A DNA stretch of 63,974 nucleotides, the filler included, from Octopus bimaculoides (taxonomy: Eukaryota), in assembly GCF_001194135.2 (NCBI RefSeq). It is 7 parts of 6 records of this genome, joined end to end, with 100 filler letters (N's around TTAATTAATTAA, not from the genome) between each part and the next. Parts side by side here need not be neighbours in the genome. Positions count along the whole stretch, not along the records: positions 36,861 to 56,005 come from NC_068991.1; positions 56,106 to 62,854 come from NC_068991.1; 5 more parts are not named here. One strand, written 5' to 3'. Positions 50,256-62,954 of the stretch are shown piece after piece (the stretch's first letter is position 1; each line of letters starts with the position of its first letter). The position numbers were made by a program, and so were the translations under genes. The notes beneath the pieces are model-generated. The model was given only the letters and a program-made list of their open reading frames with translations. It had not been told where the DNA came from and did not search any database.

Positions 50256-50869
50256 TATATCTATCTATTTCTTTATCTCAGTCTGCGTGAGTGTGTATGC
50301 GTGTTTACATAGACACATAGATACATACATGCATACATGCATACATACTTTCNNNNNNNNNNNNNNNNNNNNNNNNNNNNNNNNNNNNNNNNNNNNNNNN
50401 NNNNNNNNNNNNNNNNNNNNNNNNNNNNNNNNNNNNNNNNNNNNNNNNNNNNNNNNNNNNNNNNNNNNNNNNNNNNNNNNNNNNNNNNNNNNNNNNNNNN
50501 NNNNNNNNNNNNNNNNNNNNNNNNNNNNNNNNNNNNNNNNNNNNNNNNNNNNNNNNNNNNNNNNNNNNNNNNNNNNNNNNNNNNNNNNNNNNNNNNNNNN
50601 NNNNNNNNNNNNNNNNNNNNNNNNNNNNNNNNNNNNNNNNNNNNNNNNNNNNNNNNNNNNNNNNNNNNNNNNNNNNNNNNNNNNNNNNNNNNNNNNNNNN
50701 NNNNNNNNNNNNNNNNNNNNNNNNNNNNNNNNNNNNNNNNNNNNNNNNNNNNNNNNNNNNNNNNNNNNNNNNNNNNNNNNNNNNNNNNNNNNNNNNNNNN
50801 NNNNNNNNNNNNNNNNNNATACATATATATATATATAATATATACATACATACATACACATATATGTAT

Positions 50870-50916
<47 letters not shown>

Positions 50917-51303
50917 GCATATCGATCTTCATCTCAGTGGTATCTATCTACCTATCTCTATGTATGTCATTGTCTTTGTGACTATCTCTTTCTTTTCTTG
51001 CCTTCATTCTTCCTTTCTTCCCCTTTCTCTGTTGCTTGTTTGCGTACGGTTTTCCATGTTACACTTGGCCACATTAGCACGTTGATCTATGAGATGTATA
51101 CACACAATGCGTATAATAAACACTCACAACATACAGACACGTACAGACGTACGTGCATACATGCATAATATACTGGTGTACAAATACACACACATTTGGT
51201 TCACGGAGCGGAGCGTGTGTTGATGTACATCTAATACTCCACCCTACCACACACATACGTATATTATACATATACGTATATGTACACAAACACACACACA
51301 GAC

Positions 51304-51389
<86 letters not shown>

Positions 51390-51619
51390 GTACATAGAAA
51401 GAAATACATTCAAATATATGTAATATATATTATAATATAGAGAGGTAATGGAAGAGTGAGTAGAGAAGAAGCATTCATGCGTATACGCGACGTATGTCTA
51501 CGTTTGTATCCTTTTATATATGTACGTATTGAGAGACAACCCATCCCATATGCATACATGTACTACAGAAACGTTTGTATACAAATATTTACCCAAACTG
51601 ACACGTACAAGTAATGTCC

Positions 51620-51657
<38 letters not shown>

Positions 51658-52384
51658 CTCTCTCTCTCTCTCTCCCTCTCTCACTCTCTCTCTTTCTCTC
51701 ACTCTCTCTCTCTTTCTCTCTCTTTCTCTCTCCTTTGTCTTCTCAATCTCTTTCTGATTTATGTCATGTCTGCCTTTCTCTCGCTTCTCCTGAACTCGTC
51801 TCTTGTATTAGCAGCAACACCTCACACTCCCCAAACCATTCCCTCCTCAACATCCACCCCTACTCTTCTCCCATCGTAAAGCTGCTGTAATAGATGTTGA
51901 GAAGAGAAAGTACACGCAGAACATGTACTTTGACGAATGTACATCCGGTCATTGCTCACAATGAGTTGTCGTTCTTGCTGTTGCTGCTGCTTCTACAATT
52001 GATGTTGTTTTTCCTGTTGTTGTTTACCTATGGTAATAGGCTTTCTAACCGTGACCAACCCGTCTTGCCTTAATCTTTTCGGTGGTAGCAATCGTGGCGG
52101 GGTTGGTGACAGAGAGCATTGCATATCTTTTGCCTTCTTTCCTTTCGAGACTATAGAATGTAATTTGGGGGCTTACTTGGCTGCTATTACTAGCAGTCCA
52201 AATAGTAGTCCCCATATAAACCCTCTTGTTTGCTCGAGTTAATTATGCCGTTGCTTTGGTTGTTATTCTTGGCATCTTTGTATTTGCTGCCGTTATTGTT
52301 TCCGTTCTGGCCAAATGAAACCAAACTTCGAACTTCCTCTGGTGTGATTTCGTACCCTCTACATTTTCATTTGACATACTTCCA

Positions 52385-53329
52385 AATGTAACTCATAATT
52401 TCTTTGTAGATGACTTCAAGATTTACTTAGCATACAAAAAAAAAACAACAACTATGCATGGGTATGTTGCCCGTAAGCTTGAAGAAGACAGTAAAATTGA
52501 CACAAAACGCAGCCTTTTTTTGGACACAAGACCACTACATCACATCACTCTTTGAAGGCCATGCGTTTGCCATCCAGGGACAGGATATTGCCACAAAGTA
52601 TCTGGTGAACAAGAGAGACAGGTGAAACCGCTTGTGTAGGCTATGTCATGTTTCTGTGGAAGACCTCACGCATGTGATTAGCAGCTGTCCTAAAATGTCG
52701 TCACGGTACTACCACCCTATGCGGCACGATGTTGTTACTAAAACAATTTATAATGCCAGCCGCAAAAAATACTGTCCTGAAATAAACTTAGAAAATCCCT
52801 CCGTTATGGAGTACATTCATAAACACTATCTCAAAGAATAGTGGTGGAATATTCCCATCAAAACTTCTGTGAAATGTAAACATAACAGGTCGGATATTGT
52901 TATTTGGGATATTGTTATTTGGGATATTATTATTTGGGATATTGTTATTTGGGATATTGTTATTAGAGGTCAGCTGATCAAATAAAAATTGGATATCTAT
53001 GGATAACTGCTTCGAAACCTCCAGCTTATATATCCAGACAATAAAATTCATATTCATACCAATAATAATTGGAGCACTAGGTTTGTTAGTAAATACTTGA
53101 AGGAGAATCTGGATAAACTGGGATTTTCAGAAAGAGAAATCGCCCGGCTAATTCGTACATTACAAGTGCAATCTGTGAGTGGAACAGTAAAACTATGCAA
53201 GACTTTTCTCAAGTTCCAAATGTGAATTTCTCTGTGTTAAATACATCCCAAAGATGGAGCCTTGTCTCTTTGTTGGGAAACCGGCTCCCTCCTCAGTGGA
53301 AGATTTATAATAATTATAAAATAGAAGAG
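52385..53329 (+). mobile_element. R4/Dong-clade LINE, rearranged (RT motif, zinc knuckle, RLE, 3' UTR)
   Basis: VTHNFFVDDFKIY (RT catalytic motif, 52388), then a deletion, then MHGYV...FEGHAFAIQ...CRLCHVSVEDLTHVISSCPKMSSRYYHPMRHDVV...WWNIPIKTSVKCKHNRSDIVIWD...IIIGALG...LCKTFLKFQM*. The 3' UTR is followed by (CATA)n. Confidence 0.93.
52892..52964 (+). repeat. 15-bp tandem array x~5 (GGATATTGTTATTTG) inside the LINE endonuclease
   Basis: Reads DIVIW-DIVIW-DIIIW-DIVIW-DIVI in frame. Confidence 0.97.
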
Positions 53330-53787
53330 ACATACATACATACATACATACATACATACATACATACACACATACATAAATACATACATACACACATACA
53401 TACATACATACATACATACATACATACATACATACATACATGCATATAGGTATAGAACCGACTTTCTGAACACTGATGGTCCAGAATCTCTTATAATCCG
53501 TATTAATTTACGAACAGGAACATCACATTTCTGCGGCCACTATATTAGTTTACTGGTGCCTTGCATGGACAAGTACCTTGCACAGCACACTATTTGCTTA
53601 ATTGAGAGTGTGTTAATCAAAGTGACCACCTTTGGTTTGGAGACATCAATTACCCAGAAAGGCTTTAAGAACCAAAGATTCCGGAAAATAGAAGACGTAT
53701 CAATATTGATGTGTCTCTGTGATGTTGTGATCACTATTTGTCCAATCGTCTTCCAGCTTAGTTCAGAAATAGTGATTTCCAATGTTG

Positions 53788-53940
53788 GCACAAGGCCAGC
53801 AATTTCGGAGTGGCAGGTAAGTCAATTACATTGACCTCAGTGCTCAACAGGTACTTATTTCATCGACCCCGAAAGGATGAAAAGCAAAGTCGACCACGGC
53901 GGAATTTGAACTCATAATGCAGACGGATGAAATGCCAAGA
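53788..53940 (-). mobile_element. SINE family M
   Basis: CATCGACCCCGAAAGGATGAAAAGCAAAGTCGACCACGGCGGAATTTGAACTC. Confidence 0.87.
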
Positions 53941-55972
53941 AACACCTTTTAGCTCAGAAATATTAACTGAAAGTGACTGGAGATAGTGTTAACGGAAAAA
54001 CACGAGAAAATACTCTGAAAAAGAATGGATCAATAAAAATATATGTTGTAGTGGTAAGGTCCCGGTTAAGGCCGTTCTTCAGGCATGTGTTGAAATAATA
54101 AATTATATTCAACACATTATAACAAAATAAAATGTTGGGTTATTTCGTTGGACGATAAGATAAGAAATTCGTACCATTGTAAGTATTTCGCATCAGGTCG
54201 CTCCTTTTGTTTTTGAAACAGTGTATTTAGCTGAAAATTACCCAAACAGTCTTTCTTTTTCTTAAGGTTGCTGGGATGGACGGGGTTTGAGGAAGATTCA
54301 ATTGCTACTTTTAGCAAATCGTATCACTCTACGGGTGTTCCTCACTAGTTTGCTAAGATCCACTGTGATCAGTTCAGTGAATTCTTTGCTGTTACATATA
54401 GTGAGAATTAACCATCATCTGCTCAGGCAGCATCAATAACAGATAGAGAGTGGGAGAGAGAAAAAAAATGAGAAAGGGATGGAAAGAGAAAGAAGAGAGA
54501 GGGTGAAGGTGAAATGGATGGGAGGAGAGAGAGAGAGAGAGAGAGAAGGATGATGTTTAATGTGAAGACCCAAGGGAGAAATGAAGCATAAATCAAGGTC
54601 AAATTTGCTGATCGGTTCGCAATCGTCGTCGATTGAAAGAAAGAATAAAAGGTGAGTGTGGGATGGGTCACTATTTAATTAGTCAATTGATGGTTGTAAA
54701 GACCATCTGTACTGGAGTGAATCAACGCGTTAGGAGGAGGTAGAGAAGGTGGAGGAGGGTGGGGGAGGATGGTAGAAGGAGGAGGTGACAATGTGCTAAC
54801 ATACACGTGATTCATTTTTTTACTTTTCCTAATTATTCGTTTACTAACTTTCTGTCTTTTGTTTTTCTGGTTATGTTTCTCTTATATCCTTTCCCTTTCC
54901 GTTTTGCCTTTTTGTTTTTCTTTTCTCTCTTTCTCTCGTTGTTATTATCTCTACTAGTTTTTTTTCTTTCCAAGTCTTCATTTTTTTCCCGTTTTTTTTG
55001 TCTATTTTTTCTTTACATTATATATANNNNNNNNNNNNNNNNNNNNNNNNNNNNNNNNNNNNNNNNNNNNNNNNNNNNNNNNNNNNNNNNNNNNNNNNNN
55101 NNNNNNNNNNNNNNNNNNNNNNNNNNNNNNNNNNNNNNNNNNNNNNNNNNTATACATACATCTTCTCTCTTCATGATATTATTTCGTGGTCTGCATCGAT
55201 TACTAACGTCATTGTTATTCTTAAGAGGACAGTGGATTTAGAATCATTAAGGCACTCAAACAAACTATCTTGTGTGGTATTTCTACTAGCGCTCTTTGGT
55301 AACTTTGACGAGTTCGATCCTTCTAGAGTTCACTTAATCGATTACACTTCCATATCCATTATTTTGAGATCTTGTAGTAAAGTGTTATTGTAATTACTAA
55401 CGAAAAAGAACTGACATTTTTTTCTTTAGTAACAACAAAAATAATTACTAATATTAATGAAAGCTCCAGATCGAACGTTAAACTTCACAAAAGTTCCAGT
55501 TGTGCTTCATTGTCCTCCTTATTACAAGACTAATTTGTGTGTGTGTGTTTTTCTGTGTGTGCGTGTGTGTAGGGCCACTGCTGTGCTGATGACGCCTATT
55601 GAGGTAGAAACCCACCTCCACAGCTGTCCTTTTGTCTCCAGACAATCAAACTGTCATTTCTCTTAATGGCATGTCAACTTTCCAAATTTGAAATTAACTA
55701 TTCTTATTTGCAGTTGATTCCAGTTGCCACAAGACGATTGTTCTATTCTCCTTAGAAGCGAAGACAATTTCAAGCGGAGACGATTTGTCTTTTATTCGTC
55801 TTTGTTGTTTAAAAACATCCCACTTTTTTGTTTTATTTTATTTATTTATTTTTGTTACTTGCCAGAGAATACAATATAAGTACGTATATCTTAACGTTGA
55901 TCACAAGCAGGTAATTCAGTAGATTGCAAAAATGAACGATGATGATGATGTTGATGATATACACACACACAC

Positions 55973-56005
<33 letters not shown>

Positions 56006-56105
56006 NNNNNNNNNNNNNNNNNNNNNNNNNNNNNNNNNNNNNNNNNNNNTTAATTAATTAANNNNNNNNNNNNNNNNNNNNNNNNNNNNNNNNNNNNNNN
56101 NNNNN
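56006..56105. other. Artificial scaffold join
   Basis: 44N, linker at 56050-56061, 44N. Confidence 0.95.
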
Positions 56106-56129
56106 AAAACCTTTATCGGTAAGACCATT

Positions 56130-56206
56130 TATCATCATAAATATAAGGGATTAGCAATATGTTGGAGAAGCAACTCAATTGCTAATCCCTTATATTTATG
56201 ATGATA
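56130..56206. repeat. Perfect 29-bp inverted repeat (77-nt hairpin)
   Basis: TATCATCATAAATATAAGGGATTAGCAAT (56130-56158) is the exact reverse complement of 56178-56206; the 19-nt spacer holds a GTTG/CAAC mini-stem. Confidence 0.97.
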
Positions 56207-56950
56207 TATATATATATATATATACAAATATACACACACAAACACACAGAGGCAACTTAACATCGTATGTAGATTGTAATATATCTATATCTATTTCTCC
56301 ATATATAAATGTGTGTGTGTGTGTGTGTGTAAGTGTTTGTTTGTGGGTGTGTGTGTGTGTGTTTGTATCCATTATTAAGTAATTGAACTCCTGACATAAA
56401 ATGCATTTAAGCAGACGTTTCTCTCACTTCTGAAATCTCAAGGATTTCTTTCTAAAACGACTGCTTTCCTTTGAAGCAAGCTGTTGATCTAAATTACGAA
56501 AGTGACGAACATTTAATTCTCATGAAAGTGATCCAAATAAATCACAAACATCTTTATCGCGTATGTCATCGAAACAAAGTTCTCTTCAGATGTTATCTTC
56601 ATCTTGTTGAAGGTGAATGAGATCGTTAACAAGGTGCAGTGAGATATGTTTCCAAACCGACTCCCCCGTTGCTTGTCGCCGTTCCTGCTATATATTTTCT
56701 TTTATTTAATTAATTCCAAGAGTCTATCAACGGAATTGTATGCTTTATCATTAAGTTAAATTGTTTCTGAAAAAGTTCTAACATCATTTGCGTTAGATAT
56801 CGTTTATTCTATATCTTTTATTTGTTTTGGTCATTGGACCGCAGCCATGCTGCAGTACCACCTTAAAGGGTCTAGTCGAAAAAGTCGACCCCATTACTCG
56901 TTTTCTAGTTCTGGTATTTATTTAATTGGACGGTTTTTTTAGAAACGCTA

Positions 56951-57065
56951 ATACACAGGTACAAACACGAAGCAACACGGGTTATCAAGCGGTGGTGGTG
57001 CAGGACAAAAAAAAAAACGCACACAAACACACGCACAAAAAGAAAAGAAAACACACACCTACACA

Positions 57066-57099
<34 letters not shown>

Positions 57100-57505
57100 T
57101 ATTCATAGTTCAAATCTGCAAAAGAAAAAAGAAACAAGTAACGAAGACAAGTGAGGGAATAACAAGCAGATGTATTAGTTTGACGATCAGGAAGAATGGA
57201 AAAGTCTTTGACGTTTCGAGCCTGCGCTTTTCGGCAGAAAAGGTTGAGAGGAAACAGTTTATACGACAGGCTTCTTTCAGTTTTTGTCTACTAAATCCAC
57301 TCACAAGGCTTTTGTCGGTCCGATGCTATAGTAGAAGACACTTGCTCAAGTTGCCACANNNNNNNNNNNNNNNNNNNNNNNNNNNNNNNNATACACAGGT
57401 ACAAACACGAAGCAACACGGGTTATCAAGCGGTGGTGGTGCAGGACAAAAAAAAAAACGCACACAAACACACGCACAAAAAGAAAAGAAAACACACACCT
57501 ACACA

Positions 57506-57539
<34 letters not shown>

Positions 57540-57798
57540 TATTCATAGTTCAAATCTGCAAAAGAAAAAAGAAACAAGTAACGAAGACAAGTGAGGGAAT
57601 AACAAGCAGATGTATTAGTTTGACGATCAGGAAGAATGGAAAAGTCTTTGACGTTTCGAGCCTGCGCTTTTCGGCAGAAAAGGTTGAGAGGAAACAGTTT
57701 ATACGACAGGCTTCTTTCAGTTTTTGTCTACTAAATCCACTCACAAGGCTTTTGTCGGTCCGATGCTATAGTAGAAGACACTTGCTCAAGTTGCCACA
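56951..57798. repeat. Identical ~408-bp duplication across an N gap (period 440); probable assembly overlap
   Basis: 56951-57358 reads identical to 57391-57798, separated by 32 N. Confidence 0.9.
57105..57250 (-). mobile_element. Penelope-like terminal fragment with decayed hammerhead-like motif (57205-57242; duplicate at 57645-57682), inside a family C SINE
   Basis: The minus strand reads CCTTTT-CTGCCGA-A-AAGC-GCAG-GCTC-GAAACGTC-AAAGAC...CGTCAAACTAATACATC. Confidence 0.62.
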
Positions 57799-57865
57799 CA
57801 GTGGGACTGAGACCGGAACCATGTGGTTGGTAAGCAAGCTACTTACTATACACCCACTCCTGCAC
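57700..57865 (-). mobile_element. SINE family C head and CORE-like part
   Basis: CTTCTTTCAGTTTTTGTCTACTAAATCCACTCACAAGG...GTGGGACTGAGACCGGAACCATGTGGTTGGTAAGC. Confidence 0.9.
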
Positions 57866-58559
57866 CTTGGACATGTTTCAGATGTTAATTCTAGATTAAG
57901 CAGAGGTCATTCATGTAAAGTATTTTTCTTTTTATATCCCAAATACCTGCATTTGTACTTTACGACATTTCAGTTGAGTTACCTCATAAACCTCAATTCG
58001 CTTTACATAGCTTTGTGCTTTTATATCTATATGTATTAGGATTGCATCTTGTTCTGTAGTTTTGCTGACAGAAGTAACGCCTTAGAATATGTTTATATTG
58101 ATCTTTGTATGAATATATGTCATCCATAAACACAATAATAATAATGACCATTTACACACGCAGACAGAGACGAACACACATATGTATATATGCATGCTCA
58201 CAGATACATGCAATGTACATCTGAACTTACACAGTTTATATATATATAANNNNNNNNNNNNNNNNNNNNNNNNNNNNNNNNNNNNNNNNNNNNNNNNNNN
58301 NNNNNNNNNNNNNNNNNNNNNNNNNNNNNNNNNNNNNNNNNNNNNNNNNTCGACGTCGTAAGCGACGGAGTGCCAACAACAACAACAACAACAACATATC
58401 AGTATCAGGTACGACAACTCTGAAATAATTTCTCAGCTTCCTTATAGAAAATCAGTAGAAACTCGGTTTCCTTATAGAATTCTCGGCTTCGTAATCGAAA
58501 ATCAGTAGAAGCTAATAATGGAGGACATGCTGTGGCCACTAGGCTGGAACGAGATATAG

Positions 58560-58775
58560 CGGTGAGCTGGCAGAATCGTTATCACACCGAGCAAAATGCC
58601 TAGCGACATTTCGCCTGTTTTTACGTTCTGAGTTCCAATTCCACCGAGGTCGATTTTGCTTTTCATCCTTTCGGGGTCAATAAAATAAGAACCAATGAAA
58701 TACTGGGGTCGATGTAATCGACTAGTCCTCACCCCCAAAATTTCAGGCCATGTGCCTTTTGTAGAAAGAATTGTT
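58560..58775 (+). mobile_element. SINE family M
   Basis: GGTGAGCTGGCAGAATCGTTATCAC...TTTCATCCTTTCGGGGTCAATAAAATAAG...GTAGAAAGAATTGTTATT. Confidence 0.9.
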
Positions 58776-58789
58776 ATTAGTGTTATCAG

Positions 58790-59075
58790 TGGTTAGGGTG
58801 TTGCACTTACGTTCGGAAGATCGTGGCTTCAGTCCCTAGACTGGGCGGTGCGTTGTGTTCTTGAGCAAAACACTTCATCTTACGCTGCTCTGTGATCACT
58901 TTGACACCTGACGCGAGGGACACCGAGCACCTGTTCAGGCTACGTCGGCTTGTTGGATGGAGTGAGCTAATGTACGGCGCATACATTTTGATCACTATAA
59001 ACAAATCATTTGTGCAGGTCGTTCGGCAAAAGCTGAACTCATATACGCTGTCTTCGACAGAGAAGTCCGTCATTA
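58790..59075 (+). mobile_element. tRNA-derived SINE with CORE-like segment (distinct 3' body)
   Basis: GTGGTTAGGGTGTTGCAC...TTCAGTCCC...GTGTTCTTGAGCAAAACACTTCAT. Confidence 0.65.
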
Positions 59076-59227
59076 TTATTGTTATCAACGAGCCAGTAGA
59101 ATCCTTACTGCGCCGGACAAAACGCTTACCGGCTGTTTTCCGACTGTTTTGGTTCTACGTTCAAATGCCGCTGAGGTTAACTTTTGTTTCATCATCTCGA
59201 GATCGATAATTGTTTATGTATAATATA

Positions 59228-59431
59228 TACATGCGTATAAGAAGGGATGACCACTAAGTAGACATCCGATATGCTAGAAAGAGATCATCTACGATCTAAC
59301 CACAAAGAAAAGGATGTTCTCTAGAATAAAATTTCTAGAGAACATTCTTTTCTTTGTGGTTAGATCGTAGATGATTTCTATCTAGCATATCGGATGTCCA
59401 CTTAGTGGTCATCCCTTCTTATACGCATGTA
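59228..59431. mobile_element. 204-bp foldback element (MITE-like)
   Basis: 99-bp arms with 4 mismatches, 6-nt loop TAAAAT, TA at both ends. Confidence 0.9.
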
Positions 59432-59532
59432 ATACAATTTTTCAGAAATTTCAGATTTTTTTATATGCTAGGCCACTGGTTGACGTTAATTGACGTTAAT
59501 TAAATTAATATTCAATTTATCACCCTCAGTGT

Positions 59533-59571
<39 letters not shown>

Positions 59572-60194
59572 CATATGGATATATGTATATGTGTATAACC
59601 TACCAGTTGAACACTGGAAAAAGACGTATTCGACTTCCCCACCCCACCTCTAAATGGCTGGCCTCCTGCCAAAATTAATAATAATAATAATAATTATTAT
59701 TATTATTGTGTACTCTCTCTTTGTTCCACGCGCTTTTAGAAGCTCATCTCTTTGATAGAGCTGCAGTATTGGATCAAGCATTGACTGAGACAAGGTGCCT
59801 AGCACCAAATGTGCCACCAGCCGCACTCGCATCTCTGCTAGTAGGGCAATGTGGTCGCTGGATGCTCTATCATGGCGTTCTATAGAAAACTATCGGAAGG
59901 TAAGCGTGACGACGTTTTCGGGCAAATTCTGGGCGTAGATGAAAATGAAATGAAAATCAAGAGTTACTGCAGACAACGAAAAGGAGAATGGCGACGAGGA
60001 TGAGGATGATAACTAAGCTTACTCGGTACTTGTAATGAAATCAACTACAATAACAAGACAAGCAACAGAATTAACAATTTCACCTGTATTCAAAAGAATG
60101 TATCAATATTGTTCTAAGATGCGGAACATTCGACTCACTCAGACAGGTGTATGATTATTCTTAATTCTTATTTTTGTAGATATACGTACACACA

Positions 60195-60248
<54 letters not shown>

Positions 60249-60719
60249 GATATACATGGACTCACGCACACGCATATAATTGCGAGAAAGATTTTGTCTG
60301 TACAGATTATACGTATGTATGTATGTATGTATGTATGCGTATGTGTGTGTGTGTATATATGTATATATGTATATGTGTATTTGTGTGTATGTATGTGTGT
60401 GTGTGTATATGTGTGTATGTATGTGATTGTATGTATCTATGTGCATGTATATGTATACGTTCATGTAGACTCACACATATAGACATTTATACAGAAATAT
60501 CGCCCTCCCGTCTGCATGGTTCACAAAACAATTATAATCACAGGTGTTGCTTGTACAACCGAAAATACAGAGAAACGGTGACCTCTTTCATTCATGTAGC
60601 AGCAGTGTAAAGAAAACAAAAGAGTTTAAGCCAAATCAAAATGAATATTTAGAATTTCATTTTGTTTACAATATGACGAACAAAATCTACAGACGAGAAA
60701 ATAAATAACTGTTTCTAAT

Positions 60720-60925
60720 TTTGGCACAAGGCCGGCAATATTAGTGAGAGGAGTTAGGTTGATTTCATCGACCCCGGTTCACGACTTGTACGTATTTTAT
60801 CGAGACCGAAGGGATGAAAGCGAAGTCAACCACGGCAAAATTTGAACTCAGAACTTAATGGGTTGAAAGAAATACCATTAGGCATTTTATCCGATATTCT
60901 AAGGATCCTGCCTGTTCGCCGCCAT
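60720..60925 (-). mobile_element. SINE family M, diverged
   Basis: TTTTATCGAGACCGAAGGGATGAAAGCGAAGTCAACCACGGCAAAATTTGAACTCAGAA. Confidence 0.82.
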
Positions 60926-61348
60926 CGACCGAGTGAATAACATCACCAAAATCTCTTAGTGTTTCGTTTAGAGTTCAACAACAAAATTTTTATGCACGGA
61001 TTGACATCGTTACGCCTGTTAATAAGTCATTTCAATTACAACTGACGCAGGGTTAAACAAAAGCGACCGAAGATAGACGAAGAAAAGACCAATATTGGCC
61101 CGAGAAAAACCAATATAAGACTGAAAAAAAGACCAAGATGACAGGCACGCGGGTATAGCACACACATATACACACAGGCAAACGAGCAAACACACACAGA
61201 GAAGTAAGAGCAATAAATGATTGAAACAAAAGCAAGAAAGAATAGAGACCAAGAAGAAGGGATATATAAAATATCCCGGAAACAACTGTAAGACCTCTTT
61301 ATAAATGTTCTAAAATCTTTCACAGCCTTGGATCTTTGTCTCATTCTG

Positions 61349-61398
<50 letters not shown>

Positions 61399-62624
61399 GC
61401 TAGTATTGTTAATAAATTAACTGTTATGATTGTCACGCAAAATACTATTACACATTATAGGAAACAATTTCAGACACGAAAGAACCATATCGATTAACCG
61501 ACGGTTTGAGCTTCCTGTGTGAAATTGGCGACTATAATTTTAACATATATTACCGATTTAAAGTTGTCCTTATAGTGTGTGTGTGTGTTATTGGTAGATA
61601 CAATTTTGTGCGTGTAGTTATCTCTATTACACAATCCAACTTAAGAGTGTGTTCGTACAATCACACCACTTCGAAAGTCTTTTGAGACTTTCTGAAGGCA
61701 ATAAGTCCATAATAATAATAGTAATAGCATCAATAACAACAACAACAATAGCAATAATAATAATCATAAGACACACATGTAAACTGAAACATGTACTCAC
61801 ATACACGTATACAAACTCTCAGGCACACACACACAACACACACACACAAATATACACGCGTGCACACATATAGAAAGAGAGGTAAACACATACGCATATG
61901 CGCAAAGGCGCTTGTATAATAGACAAAAATAGTATGCTAAAGTAAACACTTCGCAATATGTGAATGGAACAATTAGCCAAAGTGTCATTCTCAGAATATT
62001 TAAAAACCAACATACGGTTGAAGGTTATACACACAAGAGCATACATACACACGTACATACATACGTACATAAATACATACATATACTTATATATAATTAT
62101 GTATGTGATAGATGTATGTGCCTAGACGTATGTATGTAGTATAGTCAGGGCGTTTAGTTTAGGTGAGTGTATTGGGTTGATTTAAAGGAAATAAACAAAT
62201 AAGATATTAATGTTTTGGAGGTAAGGAGCATTAAGTGGGATACTCCACCCATAACAAAATAGACAAACTAACGGATAGGTTTCACATGAGCTGATATGGT
62301 TTTCACATGGGCTGCAGAAATACGACATTGTTCACATAGGATAAAAAAAAAATTGGGAAAAGGTAAATAAATAAATAGTGGGGTTTGGTAAAAAGCTGAG
62401 TAAATTAAGCTAAATGACTGCAAGAATACGACCCACAATGTAGAAATAAAAGAATAAATGAATATAGTAAATTGAAAAATAAATAGATAAGAAGAATAGA
62501 AAGCTGGAAGAATTGAATTGAAGACACGTGGAAAGAATAGAAATGAAAAAGAGTGGAAATATTCTTGGATGTTTCAGCAATTGGAATGGTCACCATTGGA
62601 ACGATGTTGATAATAGAACTGCTT

Positions 62625-62660
<36 letters not shown>

Positions 62661-62671
62661 AAGAAACAGAT

Positions 62672-62854
62672 GTAGGCTCAGGAGTGGATGTGTGGTAAGT
62701 AGCTTGCTTACCAACCACAGGGTTCTGGGTTAATTCCCACTGCGTAGCACCTTGGGCAAGTGTCTTCTACTATAGCCTCGGGCCGACCAAAGCCCTGTGA
62801 GTGGATTTGGTAGACAGAAACTGAAAGAAGCCCGTCGTATATATGTATGTATGT
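62672..62854 (+). mobile_element. SINE family C (CORE-like)
   Basis: GGCTCAGGAGTGGATGTGTGGTAAG...CACCTTGGGCAAGTGTCTTCTACTATAGCCTCGGG...GAAAGAAGCCCGTCGTATAT. Confidence 0.92.
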
Positions 62855-62954
62855 NNNNNNNNNNNNNNNNNNNNNNNNNNNNNNNNNNNNNNNNNNNNTT
62901 AATTAATTAANNNNNNNNNNNNNNNNNNNNNNNNNNNNNNNNNNNNNNNNNNNN
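62855..62954. other. Artificial scaffold join
   Basis: 44N, linker at 62899-62910, 44N. Confidence 0.95.

Noticed and set aside
53540-53834. Overlapping 83- and 92-aa ORFs as a gene
   Set aside because: No recognisable domain. A third frame has a weak CLQTKGGHF resemblance to a Tc1/mariner C-terminus, too degraded to call.
56951-57798. Genuine tandem duplication
   Set aside because: Identical copies flank an N gap, which is typical of unmerged contig overlap. The same pattern occurs at ~46245-46320.
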